In this document: in pieces, positions 1 to 13,119 of the stretch
Position numbering within the stretch: the stretch's first letter is position 1
How the letters are laid out: each line of letters opens with the position of its first letter
Assembly: GCA_028534125.1 (NCBI GenBank)
Contig: CM052816.1
Location: forward strand, 31,312,001-31,376,000
Source: Lama glama
Lineage: Eukaryota
Direction of reading: 5' to 3'
Length of the DNA stretch: 64,000 nucleotides
Translations under genes and position numbers: made by a program
Notes under the pieces: generated by a model
What the model was told of the DNA's origin: nothing
The model's input: the letters and a program-made list of their open reading frames with translations, nothing else
The model's database searches: none

Positions 1-290
1 TGGCCCTCAGGCTCTACCCGGCCCGCCACGCTCAGGCTCCCGACTGGCTGGACTAACCAGGGGTGTTCCCAGGAGAGAACTCCAACAGCCGTCCACAAAA
101 AGGGGTGACGGTGGAGGTCACAATTAAACGACACCAGTTCTCCATCACTTCTCTCTCGGTCGCCTGCAACAAGGCTTCTGCCAACAAGCATTTTTGCTGA
201 TACAAAATAACGTCTCGGGGTTGTCAGCTGCTATTGTTCAGTTTATGCTGCTCCCCACTCCCGAACCATTTTGACTCCCGGGACTGAGAG
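1..290. promoter_or_regulatory. 3' edge of the CDO1 promoter/exon 1 CpG island (intron 1)
   Basis: Elevated CpG density at the window start, 2.4 kb upstream of exon 2. Confidence 0.5.
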
Positions 291-914
291 TTTATTTAAA
301 CCCACTATCAGGTTCTCAAATTAAACTAGTGCTTCTCTTTTAGCCCCCAAGCAATATGCTTTTTCTTATCCTTAGATCTGAGGGCCTGGAATGTAAATTG
401 AAGAGCCCTGCTCCCCAGATGTGTTTGGGTGAGATGCCCTGGGAGGCTGCTCCGTTCAGCGAGGGCTTGGAGATTAAGTAAAAATAAATCACTGCACCAG
501 TCCTTTGAGACGAGAAGTAAAACTTAATCACCCTGAAAAATGAGAGTTTCTTTTCTGACGGGCAGCCAGCTCTTCAGTCTTAATTGTTGGTTGTGGTGAG
601 GGCAGGGAGAGGGGGAACGGCTGAAAGAGAAGTATATGGACAGGTGAAGCTTTCTTTCCCAGCAGTTTCTGTTAGTCACTTTACCTCAACATACACATAT
701 AGTGTTACACTGTACATCGTATGTATTGGTAAAGTTTTGTCACCAAGGACTGTTTCAACTGTATTTTAGGATTTGAAGTAAAAAAGTCTAGTTAGGACCC
801 TGTTTTCCATCTGCAGGCAGCCCTAGGAAATTCTTTTGGTTCCTATTCTTTCGTGGCTTCCAATGAAGCTACCAGTTTACTTTAATTTTGCATTAACTGC
901 AAGTGGTTGAGGGC

Positions 915-1135
915 TTGTTATGGGCTCCGGTGCTCTTCCGGTCACTTGACACATGTATTAACTCATTTCCTCACAACTCTATACGATAGGTACCATTCTT
1001 ATCCCTGCTTTACAGGTGAGGAATAGTAGACAATGAAAAGGTTGGATTACCTGCACAAGGACATACTAATATCATTTAGCAGCTCCAGGGTTCAAATTAG
1101 CATTTTTTTTCCCCAGAGCCTACACTGTAAACCAC
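915..1135 (-). mobile_element. MIR SINE
   Basis: Reverse MIR core: cctcacaactct...atccctgctttacaggtgaggaa. Confidence 0.75.
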
Positions 1136-2677
1136 TACTAAACTTCATGAACTTCCAGCAGGCAGGCATATGATGCCATAACCGTCTTCTGCCTAGGTTT
1201 ATTACTGACCAAGTTAATTAACCAGGGTGGGTTGTAAGGGCTTTCCGTCTGTAGAACAAGGGCATTTCCACGGGCCTTGAATTCATCTTCACTGACAAGC
1301 TGTAAACCGGCTGGAACGCTGCCATTTGGATTGATCTATTCCACAGGTTTCTGAGGCACAGGTCAACAAGACAGTGGGTACAGTCCTGGGTGGGCAGCTG
1401 GAGTAGGGAGGGAGGAAGATAGGGGAGCAGAAATCAGTGGGATGGTAATTTTTGCATCTAATAAATGTCCTGGCACTGTGAATGATTCTGATCTCTGACC
1501 TTGGGAAGGCCAGTGCAGAAGAATCAAGCTGGAATATGTTGCAGTGCAAGCCAGGCAGTAAATTCTCTGAAAGAAGCCCCGAGTATCAAGAGGAGTGTCC
1601 CCAGGACTGATGGAGGGAAAAGTAGGCTCCCTGGTACAAGAACCGAGTTTTCTGGGGTTTAAGGGTGTGTGCACAGCCCCTTTCTAGGTCATAAAGGCTA
1701 GAAAGTCAGGATGACTGACTGACATGGAAAAAGCACTCACTAATCAACTCTGTCAGTGATCCTCCACCAGCACCTGGCCTCCAGCCTGGGGGAGGGGAGG
1801 GAACGAAGGTGGCATATGGGACAAAAGTGAACAGATGACCATGTGAGCAAATGCTACCCCAAAATGGGATAAAGATTCCTTTCCTTAAAAATGAGTCTAA
1901 ATGAATATCATCATTATCAACTTTGCTAATTAGATGGTGTCACGAGAGGCTGTTGGAGCAATAAAAACTTTACAGTTGATTTTTGGGGGAGGGGGTTGGA
2001 GGGATGGTGTGGGTGTGATGGTTTTGTTTGAGATTTTGGGGGTCAACTGCTAATTTGTCCTCATTGTAAAAGGTGGAAAGTATCATTTTTCTTCCCTACT
2101 GTGGTCTCTTTTGTTCTGGTACTTAGGTCAACCCCCACTCTATTTGTTGGGAACATTCTATTATGATGCTTTTGAATGTGGATGTCCTTTGTGTTTGGGC
2201 TACAGTAAAACTAAGGAGAATTCTAGAACAGCTATTTAATGAAACCTTGTTTCTCAAATTCTGGTTTAGCTGCAGGGAGGAAAAAACAAACAAACAATAG
2301 CAACATTCTTGCCTAGAGCAGCAATGCACTATGCAAATACTTTCTGTGAGAAACTTTTATTCTTTTTATCAGTTTGAGGCTGGCATATGGAGAATTAAGG
2401 AATTTAGTTTTTTGTTTTTCCTGTTATCTTTTTCATGCCATTATCTAAAACTGAGCAGCTATAAATGCAGTGATTCAAAATACAAAGATGTCTAAAGTGA
2501 ACTATGAAAAATATTTGTTTTCATTTGTGCTCGGCTTCTACTTAGACAACCACATTTAAAGTTGCTTAGAGGTAGAAATATTTGCATTTGTAAATGAATG
2601 ATACTTTATGACACACTTATTTTTCCCAGTGCTTGTTTCATCAGCCAAATTCAAACTTCTGAAATCATTTTTTTTAG

Positions 2678-2755
2678 GTATACCCGAAATCTGGTGGATC
2701 AAGGAAATGGAAAATTTAATCTAATGATTCTATGTTGGGGTGAAGGACATGGCAG
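2678..2755 (+). CDS. CDO1: CDO1 exon 2 (78 nt): (R)[25 protein letters not shown](S)
   Basis: Acceptor tttttag|G, donor CAG|gtaata. Translation matches mammalian CDO1 residues ~57-83 including Tyr58/Arg60. Confidence 0.98.
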
Positions 2756-4343
2756 GTAATAAAACTATTCATTCACAGATATTTATTAATTTATTCTAGC
2801 ATATGAAAAGTACAGTGCCAGGCTGGCCACGGGCCTCATGAGCACTAACAAATTGCATGTTATAATTGTTTGTTCACAATATCCCCTGATCCCAGCAAAA
2901 ATTCTCATGAGAATTTGCATGAGGGGGTTAGACATACACCATGTATGACAGACCTGCCCCCAAAATGAGTAGTCAAAGGAGGTGCAGGCAAGAAACCAGT
3001 TTACCTTAACCTCTGTCTCCTATGGAGTTAAACTTTACATGGAATTGTGCTAAAACTTGACCTTTGTGGTGCTTTGAAGTGTGTAAACAATTGTGGAACC
3101 AAAGACCGAAGCATCCAGATTTGGAGCTAGAAAAGCAATTCACAAATTCAGAAAATTTCTTCCCACTTCAAGTTCATTGTTTTCTTTACACAGGAGATAA
3201 GGCAACTTAAACTAATGCCAATTCTTGAAACTTGGTTCCTTAATTTTTCCTTAGTTTATACATTTGCCAATCCTACTACCAATCAAGTTTTGTTATCTCT
3301 TTAAATAGATCCTCCTCAGTCTTTCGAGAATGTTAAAAAATAATAATCCAGACCCATTTTTGATGCAAGAAAAGAAACATGAATTTACAAGATTTGGGAA
3401 AGTTAGGTTTATAGAGTACATTTATGTACTTGTATGGAATGGAGTTGTTTCGTTCTCTCAATATTTTGTTTTTTCTTAGTATTTTTTTGAAAGCAGATCA
3501 TAGCCAGGATTAAGATGAGGCCCTGTGAATTAGGAAACAAGTTTTTACAGTACACATATGGGTTAACAATTTGCCATATGAAATAAATGCTAGTAACATA
3601 CACAGGTTCGTATCTTTTAATCAACCCTATAGCTAATACTACTTTAATAAACTTAAATACTATTTACTGTAAGATTTCAGGAATAAATTCTTTCCCCAAA
3701 TCCAATTTGCTTTCTGTGTCCTACCAATCTTGGAAGGTAATCACAGGTAGAATACTCTAAATCTACACAGTGTAAACATTGTGTATACTTCACAGTATAA
3801 TTTTCAGGTGGTAACACATATGCATACCTTTTGTCCCTCAAAAGAAGGAGAAAAAAGAAAGAGACCAGGGAAAAAAACAAAAACAAAAACACTGTTGTGT
3901 GATCTTCTCAATGTGATACAATTATTACAGATGATTATCCTTTCTAAAATTTATCTAATGTAGTTTTTAAATCAAGTTCTCACTGAGCTTAATTGCATCA
4001 TTAAAAGCTATATCTCAGAGAAGATAAATGGTTACTGGTTTTGTGTTTCTGTTATCAAAGGGGTAGTACAATAAAGTTTTAAAAAGTGAACTGTTCTTCA
4101 GTAGGGGTATGCATCAAAACTGTACCCCTTATATACATTGATGTGGAAGACATAGTATTACTCTATTACTTTGCCCTGAACAATGTAGAATTATAAATTG
4201 ATGACATTTTAAAATCCAGCTGAAATGGACTTTGGCCTGGGAGATATCCTATTGACAGTTTGCAGCTGTAAGCTCTGGACAGACTGACAAGTCGGGCTAC
4301 CGGACCATCTACTGAGTTCATTTGTCATTTTGTGTATATATAG

Positions 4344-4498
4344 CAGTATCCATGATCACACCGACTCCCACTGCTTTCTGAAGATGCTGCAGGGAAATCT
4401 AAAGGAAACTTTGTTTGCCTGGCCTGACAAAAAATCCAATGAGATGATCAAGAAGTCTGAAAGAATCTTGAGGGAAAACCAGTGTGCCTACATCAACG
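4344..4498 (+). CDS. CDO1: CDO1 exon 3 (155 nt): SIHDHTDSHCFLKMLQGNLKETLFAWPDKKSNEMIKKSERILRENQCAYIN
   Basis: Acceptor tatag|C, donor ACG|gtaata. Contains iron ligands His86/His88 and Cys93. Overlaps ORF 4330..4602. Confidence 0.98.
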
Positions 4499-5059
4499 GT
4501 AATACATTGAATCCAATACGCTTTTCAGCAAGTGGGAAAAATCTTGAATTCCCATCTGCTTACTTACATGTGTGCAGTAGAACTTGGATTATGGAATTAT
4601 GATTTCATCTGCTTAGGAAGTGACTTAAAAGCCGTGGGTTTTCTTCTTTTAAAGCTTTGCATGTGAATTGGAATCACTTATTAAAAAGATTAGCGTCCAC
4701 AGAAGAGTCGTTTAGCTGCCAAGCCTTAGGACAGTTGGAATCAAACATGAATTTACATAAGTAGAGTCTTTTAATAAAGGCATGAGGCCAAGTTGGAAGT
4801 ATTAGCCTTTGGTTAGAAAACGTAAAGAAATGTTCTGGAAGTGATTAAGAATGCTAGCTAGTCCCTGTTTTACTAAAGTGCATACAGCATACTTAAAGTA
4901 TTCTCAGGAGAAACTTTCCAAAGCCCATTATTTAGCAGTGATTTATAGATCTTGTACAAAGAATTCATTCTTTACCCTAAATGTGATATAAGAGAGCCAA
5001 ATGCTCTTCAGTAGAGGCAGTGATTAGCATCTGTATTCCTAGAGGGCATAGTATCTTTC

Positions 5060-5205
5060 TAAAAAGCTCCTTAAAAGCTTATCTGAGATAATTTTTTTTA
5101 TTCCCATTTACAGATGAGATTGCCAACACATAGGAAGATTAAATAACCTGTCCGAGGTCCCTCAGGATTTGAACCCAAGGAATTTGATTCCAAAGCCCAT
5201 AGTCT
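5060..5205 (-). mobile_element. MIR SINE
   Basis: cccatttacagatgag...taacctgtccgaggtc...ggatttgaacccaagg. Confidence 0.75.
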
Positions 5206-6310
5206 TTGTTGGGATGCTATCCCACTTATATAAGATAAAATATTACAGAGATTTCTCTGTCAAAGCAGGTTCTTTCTTCTTAGATATTAAAATTCAATAT
5301 TGGCTTGATAGTTTAAGAATGCAAGTCACTTACAAAGGTCAGATAGCATAGCAAGTTTTTTTTTTAACCCATTCACATAACACAAAGGGGTTAGTTTCTT
5401 AGGTAGCAGGAAACTCTTATTTGAGAGCTGCTATATAGAGAAGGCACACCAAATTTCCAAGAATAAGAGTGCCTGTACTGCTCACAATAAAGCCAAAAGC
5501 CTTTCAGAGTAATTACTTTCCGCCAGAGTCACAGAGTCTTTGTGAAGCTGGGTTAGATCTTGAAGAACACGTAATATTTTTTTTTCAGGGCTCTTCAATG
5601 TAAAAGTCTATAGGAACCAAGCAGGTAAGGTGAGTGATGCAGGCCAGGTGTAGCCTGTGGGTGCTGGTGTGCAAGCCACCCTGCCTAAGGGGACAGAAAT
5701 GGCCACCCAGCTCTCATGAGATTGTCCTGACTTCTTTTTCCATAGAGGTGGGAAATTGTCGTTTTTATGGGAAATTTTGCCAATCAGTAAAATGTTGGAT
5801 AGGATAAGCTAAATATTTCTGTAGAGTGATTACTCAAAAGCCCCACAGTTTCAACCTTTGATTTTTACAGATGCCAGAGGAGGGCTAGAGATAGATAGTA
5901 ATCAGGGAAAGGTGTTTCAAGTACAAGGAATGGCATCAATGAAGGCATACCACTGCAAAGAATGAAAGCTATGCAGACATGGTCTAGCTGGAGGGAAGGA
6001 AAAATGGGCTTGGATAGTAATAGAAGAGTAAAGTGAGATCAGGGCCTTAACCTCCAAGATCAGCTTAAAATAAGAGCTTTCTTTGGTCAGCAGAATTCTG
6101 TTTGGGAATATCTAGATCAATTCAGTAGCAGTATGCATCATCAGATGGAGGAAAGGGAGAACTGGGGCAAGGAGATCAAGTTCCCTATTGTAATAGGCAA
6201 AAGGCGGACATTGCCTCCACCAAGCTGGCATTCATAAGTATCACGAAGAAACGTCCAATATTATTGTGACAGAGGTATGTCATGGGCATAAAGGAAAAGG
6301 AGGCACAGAC

Positions 6311-6314
<4 letters not shown>

Positions 6315-6362
<48 letters not shown>
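6315..6362. repeat. (TAA)16 microsatellite in CDO1 intron 3
   Basis: Direct reading. Confidence 0.97.
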
Positions 6363-6365
<3 letters not shown>

Positions 6366-7059
6366 CAGTCATGCTGGGATTATTAACATTAGAGATCAGA
6401 CATGAGTTGTGGGGGCTTCTCTAAAGGATAGGTGACTTGTTTTTGTGGGATCTTTGCTTGCATTGGGTGATCTATGCACTTGCAATTGGAGGGGGAAAAA
6501 AGTTACTTGTATAAAAGCAGTCAGTTCTTCATAACTTTTGTTCAGAATTGTGCTCAGTTAAGCCAGTGTATTATAAAAGCAGTAAGCCATAGAATCGAAG
6601 AGTTTGCAGATCTGAGAATTAGGCTCCATTTTTTTTAAATGAGGAAAACTGAAGATCCTGGAAGTTCTGAGCTGTTCAAAGGCAGTCACTCTAGCTGGGA
6701 GTGGAACTGAAGTCTTCTAGGCTGTGCTCTTCCTTATTGTGTAGCTTCATAGATCTGGATCATAAAGCGTGCTGCCTAATTGCGCCTGTATTAACTACAC
6801 TCAAACACTGGATTCCTTCCTTGATTAATCCTCAGACTCTCTACTTACTGTGTAAGTTTCTTATCACCATAGTTAGAAAAATCAAGTGTTTTGTCTTTAC
6901 TTTAATCTTCTTGAAGGCATCCCCCATAGGCCTTTTGACTTGCTTTCGTGTGGATTGGCTTACCAGGGGTCAGCTGTCATCCTGGGGTCTCCTGACATCA
7001 TCCAGGCTTTCCTTTTGCTCTCTTCCTATTGCTGATCCTCTTGTTGCCTGAACTCATTT

Positions 7060-8690
7060 GGGGTTCCTGCCCTTGTTTTGGTGGGATACCACCTCCAATG
7101 ACTCTATGAGAAAGGGTTCGTGGAAAGTAAATTTTTGAGACTTCTTATATCTAAAAATCTCTATCTTCAACCCTTGCAACTTGATTGATAATTTAGTTGG
7201 ATAATTTAGCTCATGACCTGGCAGTCATCTTCTCTCAGAACTTGAAGGCAACCCCTTGTCTTTTAGTTTCCAGTTGTCTTGTTGAAAGCCTGGTGCCATT
7301 CAGATTCTTCAATCTTTTGATGAAACCTGTATTTCATTTCTAGAAACTTTTGGGACTTTTTCTTTGGATAGTTTTTCTCTGTCCCCAGTGTCATAGTCAT
7401 GTACTTTGTTTCATGACTCTTCATTTATTGTGCTGGGAGCTCAGTAGGCTCTGAAAATCTAGAAATTCGTGTCTTTCAATTCACGAAAATATTCTCAAGT
7501 ACTTTCTTTGATTTTGTTGTTGCTCTTTTTCTGAAACTACTGCTGCTCAGATGTTAAACCTCCTGAACTAGTCCTCTGGGGTTTTTTAGGTTGTTTTTTG
7601 TTGTTTTCTTTTTAATCTTTCCTATGTTCTATCTTTGGCCCTTTGTTCTCGACTCTTCCTTAGTTTTTCTTCCAACCCTTCTACTCAGGTTTTTACTTCT
7701 GCTATCATCTTTTTATTTCTAAAAGCTCTTTTTATTCTCTGGTCCTTTTTATATTTTCTCTTATCTCTATGAGGGTATTAATGATGATAAGTTGTGTTTT
7801 TGTTTTCATTTTTGTTTTTTTGAAGTCTTCTCTTACTTGAAATAGAGTAGTCTATTTCAAGTTTTCTTTTTTCAGGTTGTTCTGGCCTCTCCTATGGTAG
7901 AGGTTCTGCTCGTGTGTCTGGTGGCCTCGGCTGTGGGCTAATATTTAAAGAAGCAGGGACAAAAAGCTAATTGGTAGCTTTCACACATGAATGGTGTTTG
8001 TCAACTGGACCTCACTCTAGGATAATCTGGTAAGGTTTTTCCTTGAGGAACAACCAACAGCAGTATCTACAGGAATTTTTTCTTGAGCTGATCAGGTTCT
8101 CAGAGAAGCTGCTTCTCATCTTCTGCCTGAAGAAGAAAGTCCTGTCTGGCAGCATTCTGGTGAAGCAAGTGGAGATCTTACCACTCAGTGTATAAATTTT
8201 CACGTAAGTCACCTGTTTTTCACCAGGTAGCCACCCATCCTGAGTTCATCTATTATACTCTTTCTAGAGAATAGACCTCAGACTTCTACCAGGGGTGGAG
8301 GCAGGGTGAGGGAGAGGTGGTGAAAAGGACTTGAGACTGAACTTGAATAGGCTTCAGCCAGTTCTTGTAATCCATCCTCACCTTCATTTCAGGAAGTACC
8401 TGTGCTGCCAGTTCCTGAGCTGTTTATTAGTTTCAGGACATAAATCAGGTTATTTCTTGGCTGTCTCCAAGGGTAGCTGAGAATTTAGCTTTCTCTCCTC
8501 TGCAAAGCCAGCCATCTACTTTTAAGCTTTCAAATTAAAAAATCTTTTTAAAAATTTCAATAAAGTTTTCTCTTTTCCCATTTTCTCTGTGTTTGTACAT
8601 TGATGCCTTTTTTCTTCTTTTACTGCAGTTGTTGGGGTTCTCAGGAAAAAGCAGAGTGCATATCACTTACTATCTTTAACTGAGAGGGTT
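7060..8690 (-). mobile_element. Old HAL1/L1M ORF1-region fragment in CDO1 intron 3
   Basis: T-rich antisense sequence with HAL1/L1 ORF1-like motifs (gtgctgggagctcagtaggctctgaaaatctagaaattcgtgtctttcaattc). Confidence 0.6.
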
Positions 8691-8821
8691 CAATTCTAAT
8701 GAATTTTTATCAGTTCCATTTGTATCAAGTTGATTTAGGATCTTGGGCGATTGACAAATTTTTTTATCTACAGCTCTCATCTAAGATCCTTCATCTATTC
8801 TTCCTCTTGGATATTGTCTAG

Positions 8822-8991
8822 ATTCCATTGGTTTACATCGGGTAGAGAATATTAGCCACACAGAACCTGCCGTGAGCCTTCACTTATACAGTCCGCCTTT
8901 TGATACATGCCATGCCTTTGATCAAAGAACAGGACATAAAAACAAAGTCACCATGACATTCCATAGCAAATTTGGAATCAGGACTCCATTT
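8822..8991 (+). CDS. CDO1: CDO1 exon 4 (170 nt): DSIGLHRVENISHTEPAVSLHLYSPPFDTCHAFDQRTGHKNKVTMTFHSKFGIRTPF
   Basis: Acceptor tctag|AT, donor TTT|gtaagt. Contains His140 and the Ser153-His155-Tyr157 triad. Phase is consistent with exon 3. Confidence 0.98.
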
Positions 8992-9846
8992 GTAAGTATA
9001 ACTTCTCTCTCCTAGAGGTAAATGCGTTGTGGATTGGCAGCATTATACTGTGTGCACTGCTTTTTTTTTTTTTTTCTGTTCTAGATAGAATTTGAATATG
9101 TTAAGTTTTGAGTATTCTTAAATTGGAGAATGAGATGAACCTGAACTTGGGGGAAAGGCCCATTATATCCTATTACTGTCTTTAACTTTACATTTTCATT
9201 AAAAAAAAAACAAACTTAGATGCAAAGAGCTGATTATTGAAGAACTTCAAAATGTACACTTATTCCTAAAGAAACTATTTTCTCTTTATTAGGGAAGTAA
9301 GACTAAGAAGTACACTGATACTGCTGTGACAATGTTCATGGTCTAATTAGCTGAGACAATACAAATAACTTGCATAGTTGACCTTTTCAAGGTTGAGACC
9401 CTAGTCTGATAATATGAATAAAGAAGACTGCTGTTTTGATTGCCAAGGTATTTTTTCTTTGAGTACTGATGGCAGCCAGCAGCAGCATGGTATGGCAGTC
9501 TTCTACCTCTGAAACAAGTTAGCCATTTTAGGGAATAGTCTTAAGTTGGTCATTGGAATGCCCAGAAACAGACAGTGCATGAAAACAAAGACTGAAAATC
9601 CTTGTCAGTCTTAAGAAAGCACAGCCTTTGAGAGAAGGAAGGCAGCATTTTCTCAAATGATGGCCCTGCTTTGTTTCCTGCATTCCTGTCCCCAAGAGAT
9701 ACTCTTATCACAGGAACAAAGCAACACGACTTCATTTTCACACACTGAATTTTCTTACGCTGCTAGAAAAGCAGGACTACTCAGAACAAGCATGTCACAG
9801 GTAAAGATTCTTACACAGCTTTCTTTTTGTTTTTTTTTTCTTACAG

Positions 9847-9876
9847 GCAACTTCAGGCTCACTGGAGAACAACTAA
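9847..9876 (+). CDS. CDO1: CDO1 exon 5 coding part: ATSGSLENN-stop
   Basis: Long polypyrimidine tract, ttacag|GCA, TAA at 9874-9876. Matches the CDO1 C-terminus. Confidence 0.97.
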   Translation, partial: ATSGSLENN

Positions 9877-10580
9877 GGAGCACCAAGTCCTCTGAGGTTT
9901 TACTTTAAGGTCTGATGAAGGTTTTACCTTGAGCAGGAAGGCCTCCCACCATTTGCTGTCCAGTAATACACTTTACAAAGCCAATACTTAGATCTAGGAT
10001 AAGGCAGATGCTAATTATAAGGCATTAAGTAAACAAATAGTGCCCTGAGCTACTATAGAAGATAAAAATCCCACTAAATATAAAAAGGCTAGTGATTTTT
10101 AAGGTCAAATCAAGTGCTTTACTGGTTTTATCCTCTAAAGCCATTGGAACCATACTGGGAATGTCAATAAGGTTTTTATAGTTTTTCGAAACACCTTGAT
10201 CTTTGAACTATAATTAGCAATAAATAAAAACAAGACATCAAACTGCTCACCTTTTTTTTGGAGGACTAAATGTAGATGTCTTTAATATACTTTGTATGTT
10301 CTTAATACTTGAAGAGAATTTTTTGAATCTGTGTATTTTATTTTTTCAGTCTTACCTTACAGATTTCTCTTCCATAAACAATAGGGTATTGTAGATAGAG
10401 AAACTTCTGGCACTTTGCCATTTGGTAATGAAATGAAGGGCAGAAGATTTAGAAAAGTACATGTACCCAAACCCACAACAAACCAAAATGTCTGACGTGT
10501 CCAGTGGTCAGTCAGACTTCCTACTGCTGCCAAAATTGCCAAATAATTTTAATAAAACTGGATTTGAACATTATCTGAAG
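9877..10580 (+). other. CDO1: CDO1 3' UTR (end approximate)
   Basis: Follows the stop codon. AATAAA at 10219/10223 and 10551; GU/U-rich tract at ~10580-10595. Confidence 0.75.
10551..10556 (+). terminator. Distal polyadenylation signal of CDO1
   Basis: AATAAA followed ~25 nt later by gttgtctttttctttt. Confidence 0.7.
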
Positions 10581-10719
10581 TTGTCTTTTTCTTTTACATG
10601 ATGAGAAATTCATATAATTCGTGGTTTCTTAGATTGAGGTAGACTACCAGAAGCATCTTACCTTTTGGGGCTTTGATATGTGTTTCACCAACTGGCCAGA
10701 GATACTAGCCCAAGGTCTT

Positions 10720-11022
10720 CTGGCCCTACAGCAGCTCAGGGACATCATGAGTTTTGCCTGAAAATTGTATGTAGGGTCTGTGTGTGTCTCAACATGAATT
10801 GGTTTTCAGCACTTAAAAACTGGAGATTTCACAGAAGATGATGTGGACTTGGAAGTATCTGGCAACCTTGGACCCGCACTGCATTTTCAATACCAGTCAG
10901 CTGGGCTGGGGTCTGCCGCTTGGATGGGGCCACCTCTCCCATCTGCAGCAGCCCCCAGCTTGCTTGGTTCCCTTATTTATGTCACTTGCAAAGCCTACAT
11001 ATGCATTTGAGTTTGCTGCCCC
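10720..11022 (-). mobile_element. MER102-like hAT-Charlie element
   Basis: Terminal gcatttgagtttgctgcccct and internal aaaactggagatttcaca...atctggcaacc. Confidence 0.55.
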
Positions 11023-11295
11023 TACTTTAGGCAGTTTCCATAGTAATATCTGCCATAATCTTAGCATTTCTTGTCTCTGAGAACTTAAGTAGAAAAGTCA
11101 AGTCCTTTGAAGATAGTTCTGGTTGCGGTGTTTATAGCATCTCATAGAATTACTTACATCTTTGTATGTTTGCTTCCTCTCATCTTTGAGAAGGATATTA
11201 ACATTTTCTGAGTGCTTACAACATACTAGGCATGTTACAAGTTGTTTCGATGAACTGATACACTGAATTCCCCCAAACTTCCATATGAATTAGGT

Positions 11296-11400
11296 ACTAT
11301 TGGTTTTCTACTCCTGCTGTAATGTATTACCACAAACTTAGTGGCTCCAAGCAACACAAATTTATTTTCCTACAGCTCCACTGGTCAATAGTCGGAAGTT
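11296..11400 (-). mobile_element. MLT1 (MaLR) LTR 3' fragment
   Basis: ctgctgtaatgtattaccacaaacttagtggctccaagcaacacaaatttatt. Confidence 0.75.
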
Positions 11401-11989
11401 TCACAGCGCCATGTGCAAGGCCCATGTCAGAGGCTTAACTTTTGGCATGGGTTCATTAATCATGCACTTAGACAAACTGATTGATGAATGAAGGGCTTTT
11501 ACCTGTGTTTCATGGGGACAGCATTACGTTTAGCAATGATGCTTCGTCTTTTTTTTTTTCTGACTCACAGACCACTTTGAAAATCTTCAAATGCTAAAGA
11601 ACTCCCCAGAAAGGCCAGCACACAGCAGATTTGCATCCAATTTCAGAACAGATTCCTGGACTCTGGAATGCCCCTAGGGGCCTGAGTTAAAGAGCCCTGC
11701 CATGTGTGAGGCTTTCCTGAGGCTTCTGTCAATGGTGGCTATTTCAGCTCATTTTCTGAGCTAGGGAGGCCTTAGCCAACTGGGCTACTGTTTAACCTTT
11801 TAAAAGTTACCATGGGATAAAAACAAGTTCCAGTGGGGTTTCTAGGAGACATCAGAGGCTGGTGTTACCTTGTCCCCGGCACGTCCACACATTTCACAAG
11901 GTCAATTCTCTCTGTTTCTTAAGACATGAAAGATTTTGCAGACTTTCACAACTTTATTTATCCATTTGGTAGATGTTTTCTTTAAAAAG

Positions 11990-12300
11990 TGTACATAGGA
12001 TAGTGAAAGAAGCCAGACACAGAAGGACAAATAGTGTGTGATTCCATTTATACCAGATACCTAGAATAGGCCAATAGGGAAAGGGGGCAGACTAGAGGTT
12101 ACCAGAGGCCAAGGGATTGGGAGGAATGGAACTTACGGTTTAATTCAGAGTTTCTGTTGGGGATGATAAAATGGTTTAGGTGTAGATGGTGGTGATGGGT
12201 ACACAGCATTGTGAATATATTTGATGTGACTGAATTGTCCATTTATGAACAGTTAAAATAGTAAACATTATGCCTATTTTCCCACAATAAGTTATTTCTT
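11990..12300 (+). mobile_element. L1MB-type 3' end
   Basis: agtgaaagaagccagacacagaaggacaaatagtgtgtgattccatttata...gatggtggtgatgggtacacagcattgtgaat. Confidence 0.85.
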
Positions 12301-12359
12301 TAAAGTGTCAGTGGGAAGAAAGTCTGTGTGTGTGTGTGTGTGTGAATAGGTAAGACATA

Positions 12360-12745
12360 CTGTCATAGAGAAAGCAAACAGTATGAAAGGCATTAGTGAA
12401 AAGTACCTTTTTTACATTCCCATCCCCAGACTCTCAGTTTCCCTCTCTAGATGTAGCCTGACCTATATTACCACTTTCTTGTGTTTCCTCCTTTACTTTT
12501 TCCCACTGTTTATACACAGGGCAGCATTCAGAAGTCCATGAGGTGCACTTACAAGGAGATCTTTCCAGATCGAAATACAAACAGTTTTGTACTGGTGGCC
12601 GGCTGCATGGTATTGCATTGTATGAACGTACATAGTTTCGTCCACAAGTCCACTATCAATGGTCTTTGACGTAACTTTCAAGATTTACAATTACAAACAA
12701 TTCTGCAATGAATAACCATGTATGTAACGTCATTTCACAAGTATC
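12360..12745 (-). mobile_element. Old L1M 3' fragment
   Basis: tgcatggtattgcattgtatgaacgtacatagtttc...tgcaatgaataaccatgtatgt. Confidence 0.6.
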
Positions 12746-13051
12746 AGTTGACATGTCTTTATCACAAAACAACCAAGATAACTCAGCCCGAAGAAGGATA
12801 ACAGGGGAAGGTCACGGCAAGCTGCCCCAGCTGGGAGGACCCCTTCAGTGCAGAACCACTCCCCTGATGTCATAGTCCTTCAGCCACTTCCAGTCTGAAG
12901 TTCGTTGGTCAAGTGTGTCCATGTGAAGCCCCCAGCGCTGTCAGAAACTTAACCCTCACAGAGATGACTTCTCACAAACAAGAAAGCCCACAGAGAGCCC
13001 ACATGTTCATGAGAAGGCTAATGGTTTAGTCACGGCCAATTTAGAATTCTG

Positions 13052-13119
13052 TACACCTGAAACTAACATTGTAAATCAACTACACTTCAATAAAAAATTT
13101 TTAAAGTTAAATTTTAAAA
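13052..13119 (+). mobile_element. Minimal (68 bp) L1 3' tail
   Basis: tacacctgaaactaacattgtaaatcaactacacttcaataaaaaa; exact 14-bp TSD aatttagaattctg at 13038-13051 and 13120-13133. Confidence 0.85.
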
